Assembly: GCF_028686475.1 (NCBI RefSeq)
Contig: NZ_JAQUCA010000006.1
Coordinates: 69,648-133,647, forward strand
From: Giesbergeria sp.
GTDB lineage: Bacteria > Pseudomonadota > Gammaproteobacteria > Burkholderiales > Burkholderiaceae_C
DNA: 64,000 nt
Reading direction: 5' to 3'
The notes below the pieces were generated by a model. The model was given only the letters and a program-made list of their open reading frames with translations, did no database searches and had not been told where the DNA came from. Shown here piece by piece: positions 21,167 through 30,207 of this stretch. Position 1 is the stretch's first letter. Every line of letters starts with the position of its first letter. The translations under genes were made by a program, and so were the position numbers.

Positions 21167-21939
21167 TGAATATGTCCTCCTTGGTTTTGCCACCACGCCA
21201 GCCCGAGCATTTGCGGATTGCCACCTACAACATCCACAAAGGCGTACAAGGCATAGGCCCAACGCGGCGGCTAGAAATCCACAATTTGGGACAAGCCGTA
21301 CAGCAGTTGGATGCCGACATCATTTGCTTGCAAGAGGTACGCAAACTGCACCGGCGCGAGGCCCAATACTTTGCCCACTGGCCTGATATGCCCCAAGCCG
21401 AGTTTTTGGCCCCCGAAGGCTACACCGCCATTTACCGCACCAACGCCATCACCCGGCATGGTGAACATGGCAACGCCTTGCTCACCCGCTGGCCGGTACT
21501 AGGGCACCAACACGAAGATATTTCTGACCACCGTTTTGAGCAGCGCGGGTTGCTGCATGTAGAGCTAGCGATACAAACGCGGCCCGTGCATGTAGTGGTG
21601 GTGCATTTAGGCTTGATTCCGGGCAGCCGGGTGCGCCAAATTCACCGCTTGCAGGCGTTTATCGAACGCGAAGTGCCCCGCGCCAGCCCCTTGGTAGTGG
21701 CTGGAGACTTTAACGATTGGGGCCAGCAAATCAAACGCATGTTGGCCGGTTTCGGCCTACACGAGTACGAGGAAACCCCGACCCATCGGGCCTTCACCTA
21801 CCCCGCCCGCTTGCCCATCGTGCAACTAGACCATGTGTATGTGCGCGGCCTAGAGCCGCTGGGGCTACAAGTACCACGCGGGCGCAACTGGTGGCGCATG
21901 TCCGACCATTTGCCACTGGTGGCCGAGTTTCGGGTTTAA
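21166..21939 (+). CDS. Endonuclease/exonuclease/phosphatase family protein (YbhP-like)
   Basis: ATYNIHKG, DIICLQEV, AGDFNDW, LDHVY, SDHLPL; upstream of clsB. Confidence 0.9.
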   Translation: MNMSSLVLPPRQPEHLRIATYNIHKGVQGIGPTRRLEIHNLGQAVQQLDADIICLQEVRKLHRREAQYFAHWPDMPQAEFLAPEGYTAIYRTNAITRHGEHGNALLTRWPVLGHQHEDISDHRFEQRGLLHVELAIQTRPVHVVVVHLGLIPGSRVRQIHRLQAFIEREVPRASPLVVAGDFNDWGQQIKRMLAGFGLHEYEETPTHRAFTYPARLPIVQLDHVYVRGLEPLGLQVPRGRNWWRMSDHLPLVAEFRV

Positions 21940-21945
21940 AAGCAA

Positions 21946-23181
21946 GTGCCTGTGCTGGATATAGCTACTGAGGAGGGCGATGGGCCGCAAATCCGCCTGC
22001 TGCAAGGGGCGGCAGAGTTCTTTCCGGCACTGATTGCGGCGCTGGATGCAGCGCACACCGACGTACAGTTTGAAACCTATCTATTTGACTTTACCGGCAC
22101 CGGAACCACGGTAGCCGAGGCCTTAGAGCGCGCGGCCCAACGCGGCGTGCATGTGCGCGTGGTGGTCGATGGCGTGGGCACCGGACGCTTGCCAGCCGCA
22201 TGGCGGCTACGCTTTCGGGCAGCGGGGGTACGTTGTTTGGTGTATGCACCCTTGGGCCTGTTGGGGCTGCTTTTGCCCAGTGGCTGGCGGCGATTGCACC
22301 GTAAATTGTGCGTCATTGATGGCGACACGCTGTTTTGCGGTGGCATCAACATATTGGATGATTTTCATGACCCCAACCACGGCACCCTGATAGCACCACG
22401 CTTAGATTTTGCCGTGCAACTGAGTGGGCCATGGGTGGGACGCTTGGTGCTACAAGCCAGCGACACGATGGAGCGCCTCTGGCAGCGCATGGTGGCGGTG
22501 CAAAATATACGCCGCTATCAATTGCCAGCGGCAGTGCATGCTTTGCGCGCTGCCCAAGCGGCACGCCATCGCAGCCCACCCACCCATAGCGCCGTGCCAA
22601 AAGCCAGTTTGTTGTTGCGCGACAACCTGCGCCACCGCGCCCGCATCGAAAAAGCCTATTTGCGCGCCATTGCCGCCGCACGCGAAGAAATCATCATTGC
22701 CAATGCTTATTTTTTGCCCGGACGCAAACTGCGCCGCGCCTTGGTATTGGCAGCCCAACGCGGGGTGCGCGTGCAACTGCTACTGCAAGGGCGCTACGAG
22801 TATTTTTTGCAATACCACGGTGCGCGACCGGTGTATGGCGCTTTGCTAGCCGCTGGCATCGAAATCCATGAATACGAACCCAGCTTTTTACATGCCAAAG
22901 TCGCGGTGATTGATGCCCAAACAACACGCCCGTGGGTGACGGTAGGCTCGTCCAATTTAGACCCCCTGAGTTTGCTACTGGCGCGCGAGGCCAATGTAGT
23001 CTTAGAAGACAGCCAATTTGCCCTGGCCCTGCGCCAGCGGCTGCTGGATGCCATGCAGCAAGCCGGACGTGTACTAGACCCCACGCGCTATGCCCAACGG
23101 CCTTGGCGCGTGCGCCTCTTAGACCGGATAGCCTTTGCGCTAGTACGGGCAGCTCTGTGGTTGCACGGAAAAAAATATTAA
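21946..23181 (+). CDS. clsB: Cardiolipin synthase B
   Basis: Two HKD motifs (LHRKLCVID, LHAKVAVID), GGINI, GSSNLDPLS; no N-terminal TM pair. Confidence 0.9.
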   Translation: MPVLDIATEEGDGPQIRLLQGAAEFFPALIAALDAAHTDVQFETYLFDFTGTGTTVAEALERAAQRGVHVRVVVDGVGTGRLPAAWRLRFRAAGVRCLVYAPLGLLGLLLPSGWRRLHRKLCVIDGDTLFCGGINILDDFHDPNHGTLIAPRLDFAVQLSGPWVGRLVLQASDTMERLWQRMVAVQNIRRYQLPAAVHALRAAQAARHRSPPTHSAVPKASLLLRDNLRHRARIEKAYLRAIAAAREEIIIANAYFLPGRKLRRALVLAAQRGVRVQLLLQGRYEYFLQYHGARPVYGALLAAGIEIHEYEPSFLHAKVAVIDAQTTRPWVTVGSSNLDPLSLLLAREANVVLEDSQFALALRQRLLDAMQQAGRVLDPTRYAQRPWRVRLLDRIAFALVRAALWLHGKKY

Positions 23182-23224
23182 GCACTGGTACGATGAAGCC
23201 ATTTACTGACCACTGGGCGCCACC

Positions 23225-23926
23225 ATGACACCAGATACCCCCGACGCAGGCATCCCGGTCTCCGTCAAAATCCGTGAACGCATTACTGCGGCGCGCAAAC
23301 GCGCGCACGCCAACGACAACATCGCCCAGTTTTTGCAACCGGGCGAATTGGAACTGCTGCTGGACGAAGTAGAAGCCAAAATGCAGGGCGTACTCGACAG
23401 CTTGGTGATTGACACCGACAACGACCACAACACCAACAACACCGCCCGGCGCGTGGCCAAAATGTACCTGCTGGAGGTGTTCAAAGGCCGCTACGTAGAG
23501 CCACCGACCATTACTGAGTTTCCGAACGCAGAACACCTCAATGAGCTGATGATTGTCGGCCCGCTAACGGTACGCAGCGCTTGCAGCCACCACTTTTGCC
23601 CCGTCATGGGAAAAATCTGGATTGGTATCATGCCCAACGAACACACCAACGTGATTGGGCTGTCCAAATACGCCCGCTTGGTAGATTGGATTATGAACCG
23701 CCCACAAATCCAAGAAGAAGCGGTGATTCAACTGGCCGACCTGATTATGGAAAAAACCCAGCCCGACGGGCTGGCGATTGTGATGGAAGCGAGCCACTTT
23801 TGCATGTCTTGGCGCGGCGTGCGCGAGCCAGATAGCAAAATGATTAACTCCGTCATGCGCGGCGTGTTTCTCAAAGACTCGGCACTGCGGCGCGAATTTT
23901 TGTCTTTGCTGCCCCGAAAGAACTAA
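23225..23926 (+). CDS. folE: GTP cyclohydrolase I
   Basis: TARRVAKMY, ACSHH (Zn ligands), IGLSKYAR, RPQIQE, HFCMSWRGV, RREF. Confidence 0.93.
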   Translation: MTPDTPDAGIPVSVKIRERITAARKRAHANDNIAQFLQPGELELLLDEVEAKMQGVLDSLVIDTDNDHNTNNTARRVAKMYLLEVFKGRYVEPPTITEFPNAEHLNELMIVGPLTVRSACSHHFCPVMGKIWIGIMPNEHTNVIGLSKYARLVDWIMNRPQIQEEAVIQLADLIMEKTQPDGLAIVMEASHFCMSWRGVREPDSKMINSVMRGVFLKDSALRREFLSLLPRKN

Positions 23927-23929
23927 GCC

Positions 23930-24352
23930 ATGCTTGTCCGTTTACTCTATGCCAGCCGCGTGGCCGACACCTCACGCCAAGCGATTGAAACTATTTTGGC
24001 CCAATCGCGCGAACACAATCCCAGCAACGGCATTACTGGTGTGCTGTGCTATGGCGATGGCATTTTCTTGCAAGCCATTGAAGGTGGACGTTCTGCCGTC
24101 AATGCCCTGTATGGCCAAATTTTGCGCGACCCACGCCACCGCCAAGTCGAATTACTTTACTACCAAGAAATTACCGAGCGCCGCTTTGGTGGCTGGACGA
24201 TGGGCCAAGCCAATTTGTCCAAAATCAACCACTCTACGCTGCTCAAATACTCCGAACGCCCCGCGCTAGACCCCTACGCGGTATCGGGAGAAGTATCGCT
24301 GGCGCTGCTAGAAGAGCTGATGGCTACCGCCTCCATCATTGGCCGTGCCTAA
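23930..24352 (+). CDS. Stand-alone BLUF blue-light photoreceptor
   Basis: LLYAS, SREHN...ITGVL, FLQAIEG, DPRH, RRFGGWTM; the photoactive Tyr and Gln are present. Confidence 0.92.
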   Translation: MLVRLLYASRVADTSRQAIETILAQSREHNPSNGITGVLCYGDGIFLQAIEGGRSAVNALYGQILRDPRHRQVELLYYQEITERRFGGWTMGQANLSKINHSTLLKYSERPALDPYAVSGEVSLALLEELMATASIIGRA

Positions 24353-24569
24353 ACAACACCTGCGTTTACTGGCACCGCTTGCCTTGTTGATAGGCTTGCT
24401 CACAGGCCACGGCTTAGAGGCAGCACCCGCGCCGTGGTACTACTGGCAGCACAGCAGCGGGGGCGCCCCGGTTTGCGCCCAACATGCCCCCGGCCCCGGC
24501 TGGACGGCCTCCAGCACGCCCTTTGCTGGCCCTGGTTGCCAGCGTCCCCTGCGCCGGGTAACGCCTTAG
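24345..24569 (+). CDS. Small secreted two-Cys protein of unknown function
   Basis: Signal peptide then APAPWYYW...CAQHAPGPGW...GPGC; GTG start overlaps the BLUF stop. Confidence 0.6.
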   Translation: MPKQHLRLLAPLALLIGLLTGHGLEAAPAPWYYWQHSSGGAPVCAQHAPGPGWTASSTPFAGPGCQRPLRRVTP

Positions 24570-24586
24570 CAACTGCTGGCCGTGTG

Positions 24587-25252
24587 ATGCCTACGTTTTC
24601 CACTGTATTCAATTTTTTTGGCGTAGCCTTGTTATTGGCCCTGACACCGGGGCCAGACAACCTGTTTGTGCTGGTGCAATCCATGCAGCGCGGTGTGCGC
24701 GTAGGCTTGGCCGTGGTGTTGGGCTTGTGTTTGGGGCTGCTGGTGCATACCAGCGCTGTGGCCTTGGGGCTGGCCGCCGTATTGGCCACGCTGCCACTGG
24801 CCTTCAGTTTGTTGCAAATAGCAGGTGCAGTTTATTTGGCATGGCTGGCTTGGCAAGCTCTGCGCCCACGCCCAGCAGGCAGCGCCAGCGCTACGGCGAT
24901 TGGGCCTACCACATCCACCGCTGCCAGCCCCACGGCTTTGGCACGCATGGTAGGCCGGGGCCTGCTGATGAACCTAAGCAACCCCAAGGTATTGCTGTTT
25001 TTTTTGGCCTTTTTGCCGCAATTTACCCACCCAGCCCAAGGCAGCATTGCCAGCCAAGTTTTATGGCTGGGGCTGGTATTTATGCTGGCCACCTTGTTGG
25101 TGTTTGGTGCTATTGCCTGTTTTTCGGGGTATTTTGCCACTTTGCTGCAACGCCATGCCCACGCCCAAAGCTGGCTAGATAAATTGGCCGGGTTGGTTTT
25201 TTTAGCCTTGGCCTTGCGCCTGCTCAGCAGCGAATTGGCCTTACCTGAATGA
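24587..25252 (+). CDS. LysE/RhtB family exporter
   Basis: LALTPGPDNLFV, GAVYLAWLAW, NLSNPKVLLFFLAFLPQF. Confidence 0.92.
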   Translation: MPTFSTVFNFFGVALLLALTPGPDNLFVLVQSMQRGVRVGLAVVLGLCLGLLVHTSAVALGLAAVLATLPLAFSLLQIAGAVYLAWLAWQALRPRPAGSASATAIGPTTSTAASPTALARMVGRGLLMNLSNPKVLLFFLAFLPQFTHPAQGSIASQVLWLGLVFMLATLLVFGAIACFSGYFATLLQRHAHAQSWLDKLAGLVFLALALRLLSSELALPE

Positions 25253-25311
25253 GGCACAGGTGAGGCACGGTTGGGTTTTCCATAAAATCCGGCCAGACTA
25301 AGGAATTTGCT

Positions 25312-25722
25312 GTGGCTGATTTGATTGCGGTTCTCATCCGCTGGAGCCTGCGGGCCATTTTGTTGTTGCTGGGCGTATTGGTCTTTTTGGGCCTCTTGGG
25401 CTTGGGGCTGGTACTGGCACTGGTATGGAGCCTGCGCGCTTTGTGGGCGCGCCTGACCGGCCATCCCGTCACCCCTTGGACGATGCCCCTAGACCCACGC
25501 GCTGGTTGGCGCACCATGTACCAGCGTAGCCAAAATGCCTGGACAGCCCCACGCCAAGGCCAGCCCACCCCCCACAATGACGACGACATCACCGACGTGA
25601 CCGAAAAGCGCGAAACCCCCGGTGAATGGCCCGAGAGCCAATTTTCACGCTTTATGCTGGAACAGTCAGATGTCACCGACGTACAACCCCGTGACCCCCA
25701 AGACCGCCCACGGCCACGCTAA
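25312..25722 (+). CDS. Hypothetical membrane protein
   Basis: Long hydrophobic N-terminus and acidic tail with two D[IV]TDV motifs; fills the gap, preceded by AGGA. Confidence 0.6.
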   Translation: MADLIAVLIRWSLRAILLLLGVLVFLGLLGLGLVLALVWSLRALWARLTGHPVTPWTMPLDPRAGWRTMYQRSQNAWTAPRQGQPTPHNDDDITDVTEKRETPGEWPESQFSRFMLEQSDVTDVQPRDPQDRPRPR

Positions 25723-25737
25723 AAAACACAAGGCCGC

Positions 25738-27558
25738 TCACACTTTGCGCGGCAGCAACTGCACCATCGCGCCAATCAACTGCTCACTCGACACCGGCTT
25801 GTGCAATAGCAGCGCGGCGGTCGATTGGGCATCGCGCAGGCGCTGGGGCGAGGTATCGCCCGTCAGGATGATGGCAGGCACTTGCTGGCCCCAATGGGCG
25901 CGCAACTGCTCTAACACCTCTTTGCCGGTTTCGCCCTCGCGCAGCCGAAAATCGGTAATGATGACATCGGGGGCAGCGTGCCCGGCCATAGGCCCCACCA
26001 GGGCCTCGCGGGCCGATGAAGCCGTGCTACAAGCGCAACCCCAACTTTGCAGCAAAGACTGCATCCCCAAACACACCGCCTCATCGTCATCAATGGCCAA
26101 GACGCGCAGGCCGACCAAGCGCCGTATCTGCTCATTGCTATCGGCATGCTCATCGAGCAGCAAGGGCCCATGCCAAGCGTCTAGCCACAGCCGAAACACC
26201 GAACCCCGGCCCACACAAGAGAATACTTCTACCTGTGTGCCCATTTCGGCCACCAAACGTTTGACGATGGCCAAGCCCAAACCCAGCCCTTTGCGCCGGT
26301 CACGCTCTGGGTTGCCCAATTGGTGGAACTCCCGAAAAATCTCTTCTTGCTGCTCGGGCGCAATACCCACCCCGGTATCCCACACTTCCAGCGCCAGCCG
26401 CGCGCGGCGCTGGCGACAAGCAATCAACACCCCGCCTTGCTGGGTATAGCGCAGGGCATTGGAAATCAGGTTACGCATCACCAAATCCACCAAAGCCCGG
26501 TCGGCCAGTGCGGCAGCCGAAGTTTCATGCGTGCGATAAACCAGCCCGGCCACATCGGCCTGACCGCCAAATTCTTGCTCTAGCGCCGACAACAGCGGCT
26601 GCACCGCAAACGGGGCACGGTGCGCCTTGACCACCCCGGCTTCTAAGCGCGAATAATCGAGCAAGGTAGTGAGCATTTCTGCCGCCGCCGCCGAAGCGCT
26701 GCGCGCATGGCCCAACACCAAGGTTTGGTGGGCATTGAGCGGACTGCGCTGCAAAGTTTCTAAAAACAAGCCCATCGCGTGCAAAGGCTGGCGCAAATCG
26801 TGGCTGGCAGCGGCCAAAAAACGCGATTTATCCTGATTGGCCTGCTCAGCGGCTTCTTGCGCCTCTAGCGCACGTTGCGTTTGGGCGCGCAATTGCACCA
26901 CCAAGCGTTGGTTTTCAAATTTAATTTCGATGCTATCGCGCGCGGCTTTGGCCAGATTGCGTGCGTGCAAGCACGTCAGGCTGTAATAAACCCCCACCAT
27001 CGCCATCGCAGGGATGGTGACCGCGCCTTTGGTCAGCAGCAAGGCAACCAAGGCCCCCACCACCGCACAGCTTAAATAGACAACGTAGGCCCGGTACATG
27101 GGCGCGCCCAAACCCAAAGCCCCCGAGGACACGGTACTGAGGATGCCGACGTAATACACCACCGCATCGGTAGAGTCTTGGCTAAACCACCAAATAATCA
27201 GCCCCAAACTGCCCCAAATCAGGCCCATAGCGGCCATGCACTGTATCAAGCGCCAAGCATCTTGGCGTGGCGTTTTGTGTGCGCGCGGCAAAGGACGCAA
27301 ACCCGCATACACCCCAGTAACCACCACTAAATGGGTGGCAAACCACCACAAAACGGCGTACATCGGTATCACCAGCCCCATCACCCACACCGTGCCCAAC
27401 GAGGTCAGTAGCGAGGCCCCCAAAGTCATGGGGAAACTGCGCCGTAACAGCACTACCTGCTCGGCCAGCATTTCATCACGGTCTGGGCCTACCACCCAAT
27501 GGCACCACGCCTGCCAAGGCGAGGATGGTATCGACGAAGATGGCTCAGTAGCTGCCAT
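25738..27558 (-). CDS. Hybrid membrane sensor histidine kinase with C-terminal receiver
   Basis: About 5-6 TM helices, ASHDLRQPL H-box, NLISNA, DTGVGI, GLGLGL, receiver IDDD...TDF...TGD...KP. Start set at ATG 27558, overlapping the regulator stop. Confidence 0.93.
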   Translation of the reverse strand: MAATEPSSSIPSSPWQAWCHWVVGPDRDEMLAEQVVLLRRSFPMTLGASLLTSLGTVWVMGLVIPMYAVLWWFATHLVVVTGVYAGLRPLPRAHKTPRQDAWRLIQCMAAMGLIWGSLGLIIWWFSQDSTDAVVYYVGILSTVSSGALGLGAPMYRAYVVYLSCAVVGALVALLLTKGAVTIPAMAMVGVYYSLTCLHARNLAKAARDSIEIKFENQRLVVQLRAQTQRALEAQEAAEQANQDKSRFLAAASHDLRQPLHAMGLFLETLQRSPLNAHQTLVLGHARSASAAAAEMLTTLLDYSRLEAGVVKAHRAPFAVQPLLSALEQEFGGQADVAGLVYRTHETSAAALADRALVDLVMRNLISNALRYTQQGGVLIACRQRRARLALEVWDTGVGIAPEQQEEIFREFHQLGNPERDRRKGLGLGLAIVKRLVAEMGTQVEVFSCVGRGSVFRLWLDAWHGPLLLDEHADSNEQIRRLVGLRVLAIDDDEAVCLGMQSLLQSWGCACSTASSAREALVGPMAGHAAPDVIITDFRLREGETGKEVLEQLRAHWGQQVPAIILTGDTSPQRLRDAQSTAALLLHKPVSSEQLIGAMVQLLPRKV

Positions 27559-28192
27559 CGTGTGGCACCGGCGCACTGACCAAGCCCCAGCGCTGCGCCT
27601 GCAACAGTGCAGCACTGCGGCTATTGACCCCCAATTGGCTAAAAATGGCCGCCACATGCACGCGCACGGTGTTTTCGCTCAAACCCAAATCGCGGGCAAT
27701 CACTTTGTTGGGTTTGCCACTGCACAGCAGCGTCAAGACATCCAATTGCCGTGCCGTTAACGCAGGGCTGGCCGTGCCGCCCAAACCAGTCGGTGCCGGA
27801 CAAGCCACTTCGGGCGGAAAACAAGGCTGCCCGGCCAAGGCCAAGGTAATGGCATTCAAAATATCTTGCGCCCCAGCAGACTTGGGCAAAAAGCCATCGG
27901 CGCCGCGCAAGCGCGCCTCGCGCACCGCATCGGGGGCCATGCTGGCCGACACCAACACAATGCGCGCCTGCGGGTAACTTTTGCGTAGCAGGTGCAGACC
28001 ATCCAAACCGCTCATGCCGGGCAGCTGAATATCGAGCAGCACCAAATCCAAAGCGGGCACCGCCAAAGCACAGGCTTGGGCGATAGAACCGGCCTCTGCA
28101 ATGGAGGCCACGCTGGGATGGTCTTGAACAATCAGGCGCAGGCCGGTACGAAACAAAGTGTGGTCATCGACCAGCAGCAAGGTAGCAGGCAT
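27545..28192 (-). CDS. NarL/LuxR family response regulator
   Basis: LLVDDH, LLDIQLP, LTARQLDVL...NKVIARDLGLSENTVRVHV. Confidence 0.93.
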   Translation of the reverse strand: MPATLLLVDDHTLFRTGLRLIVQDHPSVASIAEAGSIAQACALAVPALDLVLLDIQLPGMSGLDGLHLLRKSYPQARIVLVSASMAPDAVREARLRGADGFLPKSAGAQDILNAITLALAGQPCFPPEVACPAPTGLGGTASPALTARQLDVLTLLCSGKPNKVIARDLGLSENTVRVHVAAIFSQLGVNSRSAALLQAQRWGLVSAPVPHDGSY

Positions 28193-28342
28193 AGTCTTTG
28201 AGTATCACGCAGAAAGACCCCATTGCATCTAGTCTTTTTGGGCGATAGACGAAGCCGGTCCATGTTTTTAGACTGGCACCTGCCGATTGAATATTGCTAT
28301 CAAAACACTCGGCACGATGGCCAAATTTCAAAGGACCCTGCT

Positions 28343-28858
28343 ATGAGCGCTCCCATAGACATCCGTACCGCCCGCTCTCATGCCCATCCCGGCCCACTGG
28401 GGGGCAACAGCGTAGAAGACATCGTGGCCCTGCATTGCAGCGAAGTGCCGCTGCTGGCCGGCATTGTGATTGAACGCCTGGACGCACAAATTGGCGTCTG
28501 GCAATACTCCTTAGACGATGGTGCCAACTGGCAAGTGGTACGCACCGATTTGCTACACCGCGAAGGCCCGATGGGCTTGGTGCTGGCGCTGGGGGCGCGC
28601 TTGCGCGTGCTGCCCTTTGGTGGCCAGCGAGGCAGTGTTCGCATGGTGTTTCATGCCGTGCCGTTTGTGGGCGGTGGCAATGGTATTTACCGCCCCTACC
28701 CCCCCTGCGACGAGCGCCCCGAAGCCCCCACCGTCACGCTGATGCTAGGGCTATCGGCCATCAATGGCGCACCCAAAGCAGTGCATGTGCCACGCCTACG
28801 CAACAAGCGCGCCTTGGCCGCTGCTGCTCGACAAGCACCCGCCCGTGCTGTCGGATAA
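28343..28858 (+). CDS. Hypothetical protein resembling one repeat unit of giant RTX/cadherin-like adhesins
   Basis: AGIVIE...GVWQYSLDDGANW...LVLALGARLRVLP...F-A pattern; AAGGA RBS before ATG 28343. Confidence 0.55.
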   Translation: MSAPIDIRTARSHAHPGPLGGNSVEDIVALHCSEVPLLAGIVIERLDAQIGVWQYSLDDGANWQVVRTDLLHREGPMGLVLALGARLRVLPFGGQRGSVRMVFHAVPFVGGGNGIYRPYPPCDERPEAPTVTLMLGLSAINGAPKAVHVPRLRNKRALAAAARQAPARAVG

Positions 28859-28898
28859 AAGCAAGCGGCGGCAGGTAGTGGCCTTGGTGATGGCTGCC

Positions 28899-29375
28899 TT
28901 ATTCTGGCGTGCCCATTTGTGATTGCAGGTAGTTTTGCAGACCCACTTTGTCGATGAGTTCGAGCTGGGTTTCCAAAAAGTCGATGTGCTCTTCGGTGTC
29001 ATCCAAGATTTTTTGCAGCAAATCGCGCGAAACGTAATCGCGCACGCTTTCGCAGTGGGCGATGCCTTGTTTGATGGTGGCTTGCGCGCCCTGCTCTAGG
29101 CGCAAATCGCAGGCCAAAATCTCGGGCACCGTTTCGCCCACTTGCAACTTGCCCAAGTCTTGCAGATTGGGCAGGCCATCAATCATCAAGATACGGTCTA
29201 TCAGCCAATCGGCGTGCTTCATCTCACCGATGGACTCGGAATGCTCTTTCTTGGCCAACTTGTCAAAGCCCCAATGCTTGAGCATCCGGTAGTGCAAAAA
29301 ATACTGGTTGATGGCCGTCAGCTCGTTTTTGAGCTGGGCTTGCAAGTGGCCGATGGCTTGGGTGTCACCCTTCAT
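28899..29375 (-). CDS. bfr: Bacterioferritin
   Basis: MKGD, ELTAINQYFLH, EMKHAD (heme Met), EEHIDFLE ferroxidase residues. Confidence 0.96.
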   Translation of the reverse strand: MKGDTQAIGHLQAQLKNELTAINQYFLHYRMLKHWGFDKLAKKEHSESIGEMKHADWLIDRILMIDGLPNLQDLGKLQVGETVPEILACDLRLEQGAQATIKQGIAHCESVRDYVSRDLLQKILDDTEEHIDFLETQLELIDKVGLQNYLQSQMGTPE

Positions 29376-29438
29376 GGTGCGCTCCTAGTGGTGAGAAAAT
29401 AAGTTGCTATTGTGCGGCTTGCGCGTAAAACGTGCAGC

Positions 29439-29475
29439 ATAGACAAAAGGTATCGAATCCATCGAAGCAATCCAT
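29439..29475. promoter_or_regulatory. OxyR binding site upstream of ahpC, in the divergent bfr/ahpC region
   Basis: ATAG-N7-GTAT-N7-ATCG-N7-CCAT against the consensus ATAG-N7-CTAT-N7-ATAG-N7-CTAT; exact spacing, one mismatch in each of three half-sites. Confidence 0.8.
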
Positions 29476-29544
29476 TGGATGCACACGCTGCTTTGGGCCA
29501 TACTTCGTCCTGTATCCCGTTTCAACCACCAAAAGGAAACCGCA

Positions 29545-30108
29545 ATGTCCCTGATCAACACCCAAGTCCAACCCTTCAAAACCCAAGCCTTCCACAACGG
29601 CAAGTTTGTCGAAGTGAGCAATGAAACCCTCAAGGGCCAATGGTCGGTGCTGATTTTCATGCCCGCTGCTTTCACCTTCAACTGCCCCACCGAGATTGAA
29701 GACGCAGCGGACAACTACGAAGCCTTTCAAAAAGCCGGTGCCGAGGTCTATATCGTGACCACCGACACCCACTTCAGCCACAAGGTTTGGCACGAAACCA
29801 GCCCTGCCGTGGGCAAGGCCAAGTTCCCGCTGGTGGGCGACCCTACCCACACCCTGACCAACGCCTTTGGCGTGCATATCCCTGAAGAAGGTTTGGCACT
29901 GCGCGGCACTTTCATCATCAACCCCGAAGGCCAAATCAAGACTGCTGAAATTCACAGCAACGAGATTGCCCGCGATGTGTCCGAAACCCTGCGTAAGCTC
30001 AAGGCTGCCCAGTACACCGCCGCCAACCCCGGCCAAGTCTGCCCCGCCAAATGGAAGGAAGGCGCGCAGACCATCGCTCCGTCGATTGACCTGGTCGGCA
30101 AAATCTAA
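29545..30108 (+). CDS. ahpC: Alkyl hydroperoxide reductase C
   Basis: AFTFNCPTE peroxidatic Cys and VCPAKW resolving Cys. Confidence 0.97.
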   Translation: MSLINTQVQPFKTQAFHNGKFVEVSNETLKGQWSVLIFMPAAFTFNCPTEIEDAADNYEAFQKAGAEVYIVTTDTHFSHKVWHETSPAVGKAKFPLVGDPTHTLTNAFGVHIPEEGLALRGTFIINPEGQIKTAEIHSNEIARDVSETLRKLKAAQYTAANPGQVCPAKWKEGAQTIAPSIDLVGKI

Positions 30109-30146
30109 GCTGGCCTGCGCCACACTGTACTGACCCTCTAAAAACG

Positions 30147-30175
30147 CCCAGGTGCCTGGCGCCTGGGTTTTTTTT
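30147..30175 (+). terminator. Terminator/attenuator hairpin between ahpC and ahpF
   Basis: CCCAGGTGC-CTG-GCGCCTGGG followed by a T-run. Confidence 0.7.
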
Positions 30176-30207
30176 AGCCAAAATTTGCATTTTTCAGGAG
30201 TTTTTTC

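Noticed and set aside
25312-25722. Duplicated D[IV]TDV motif in a small membrane protein
   Set aside because: Two short copies in an acidic tail; too little to support a separate claim.
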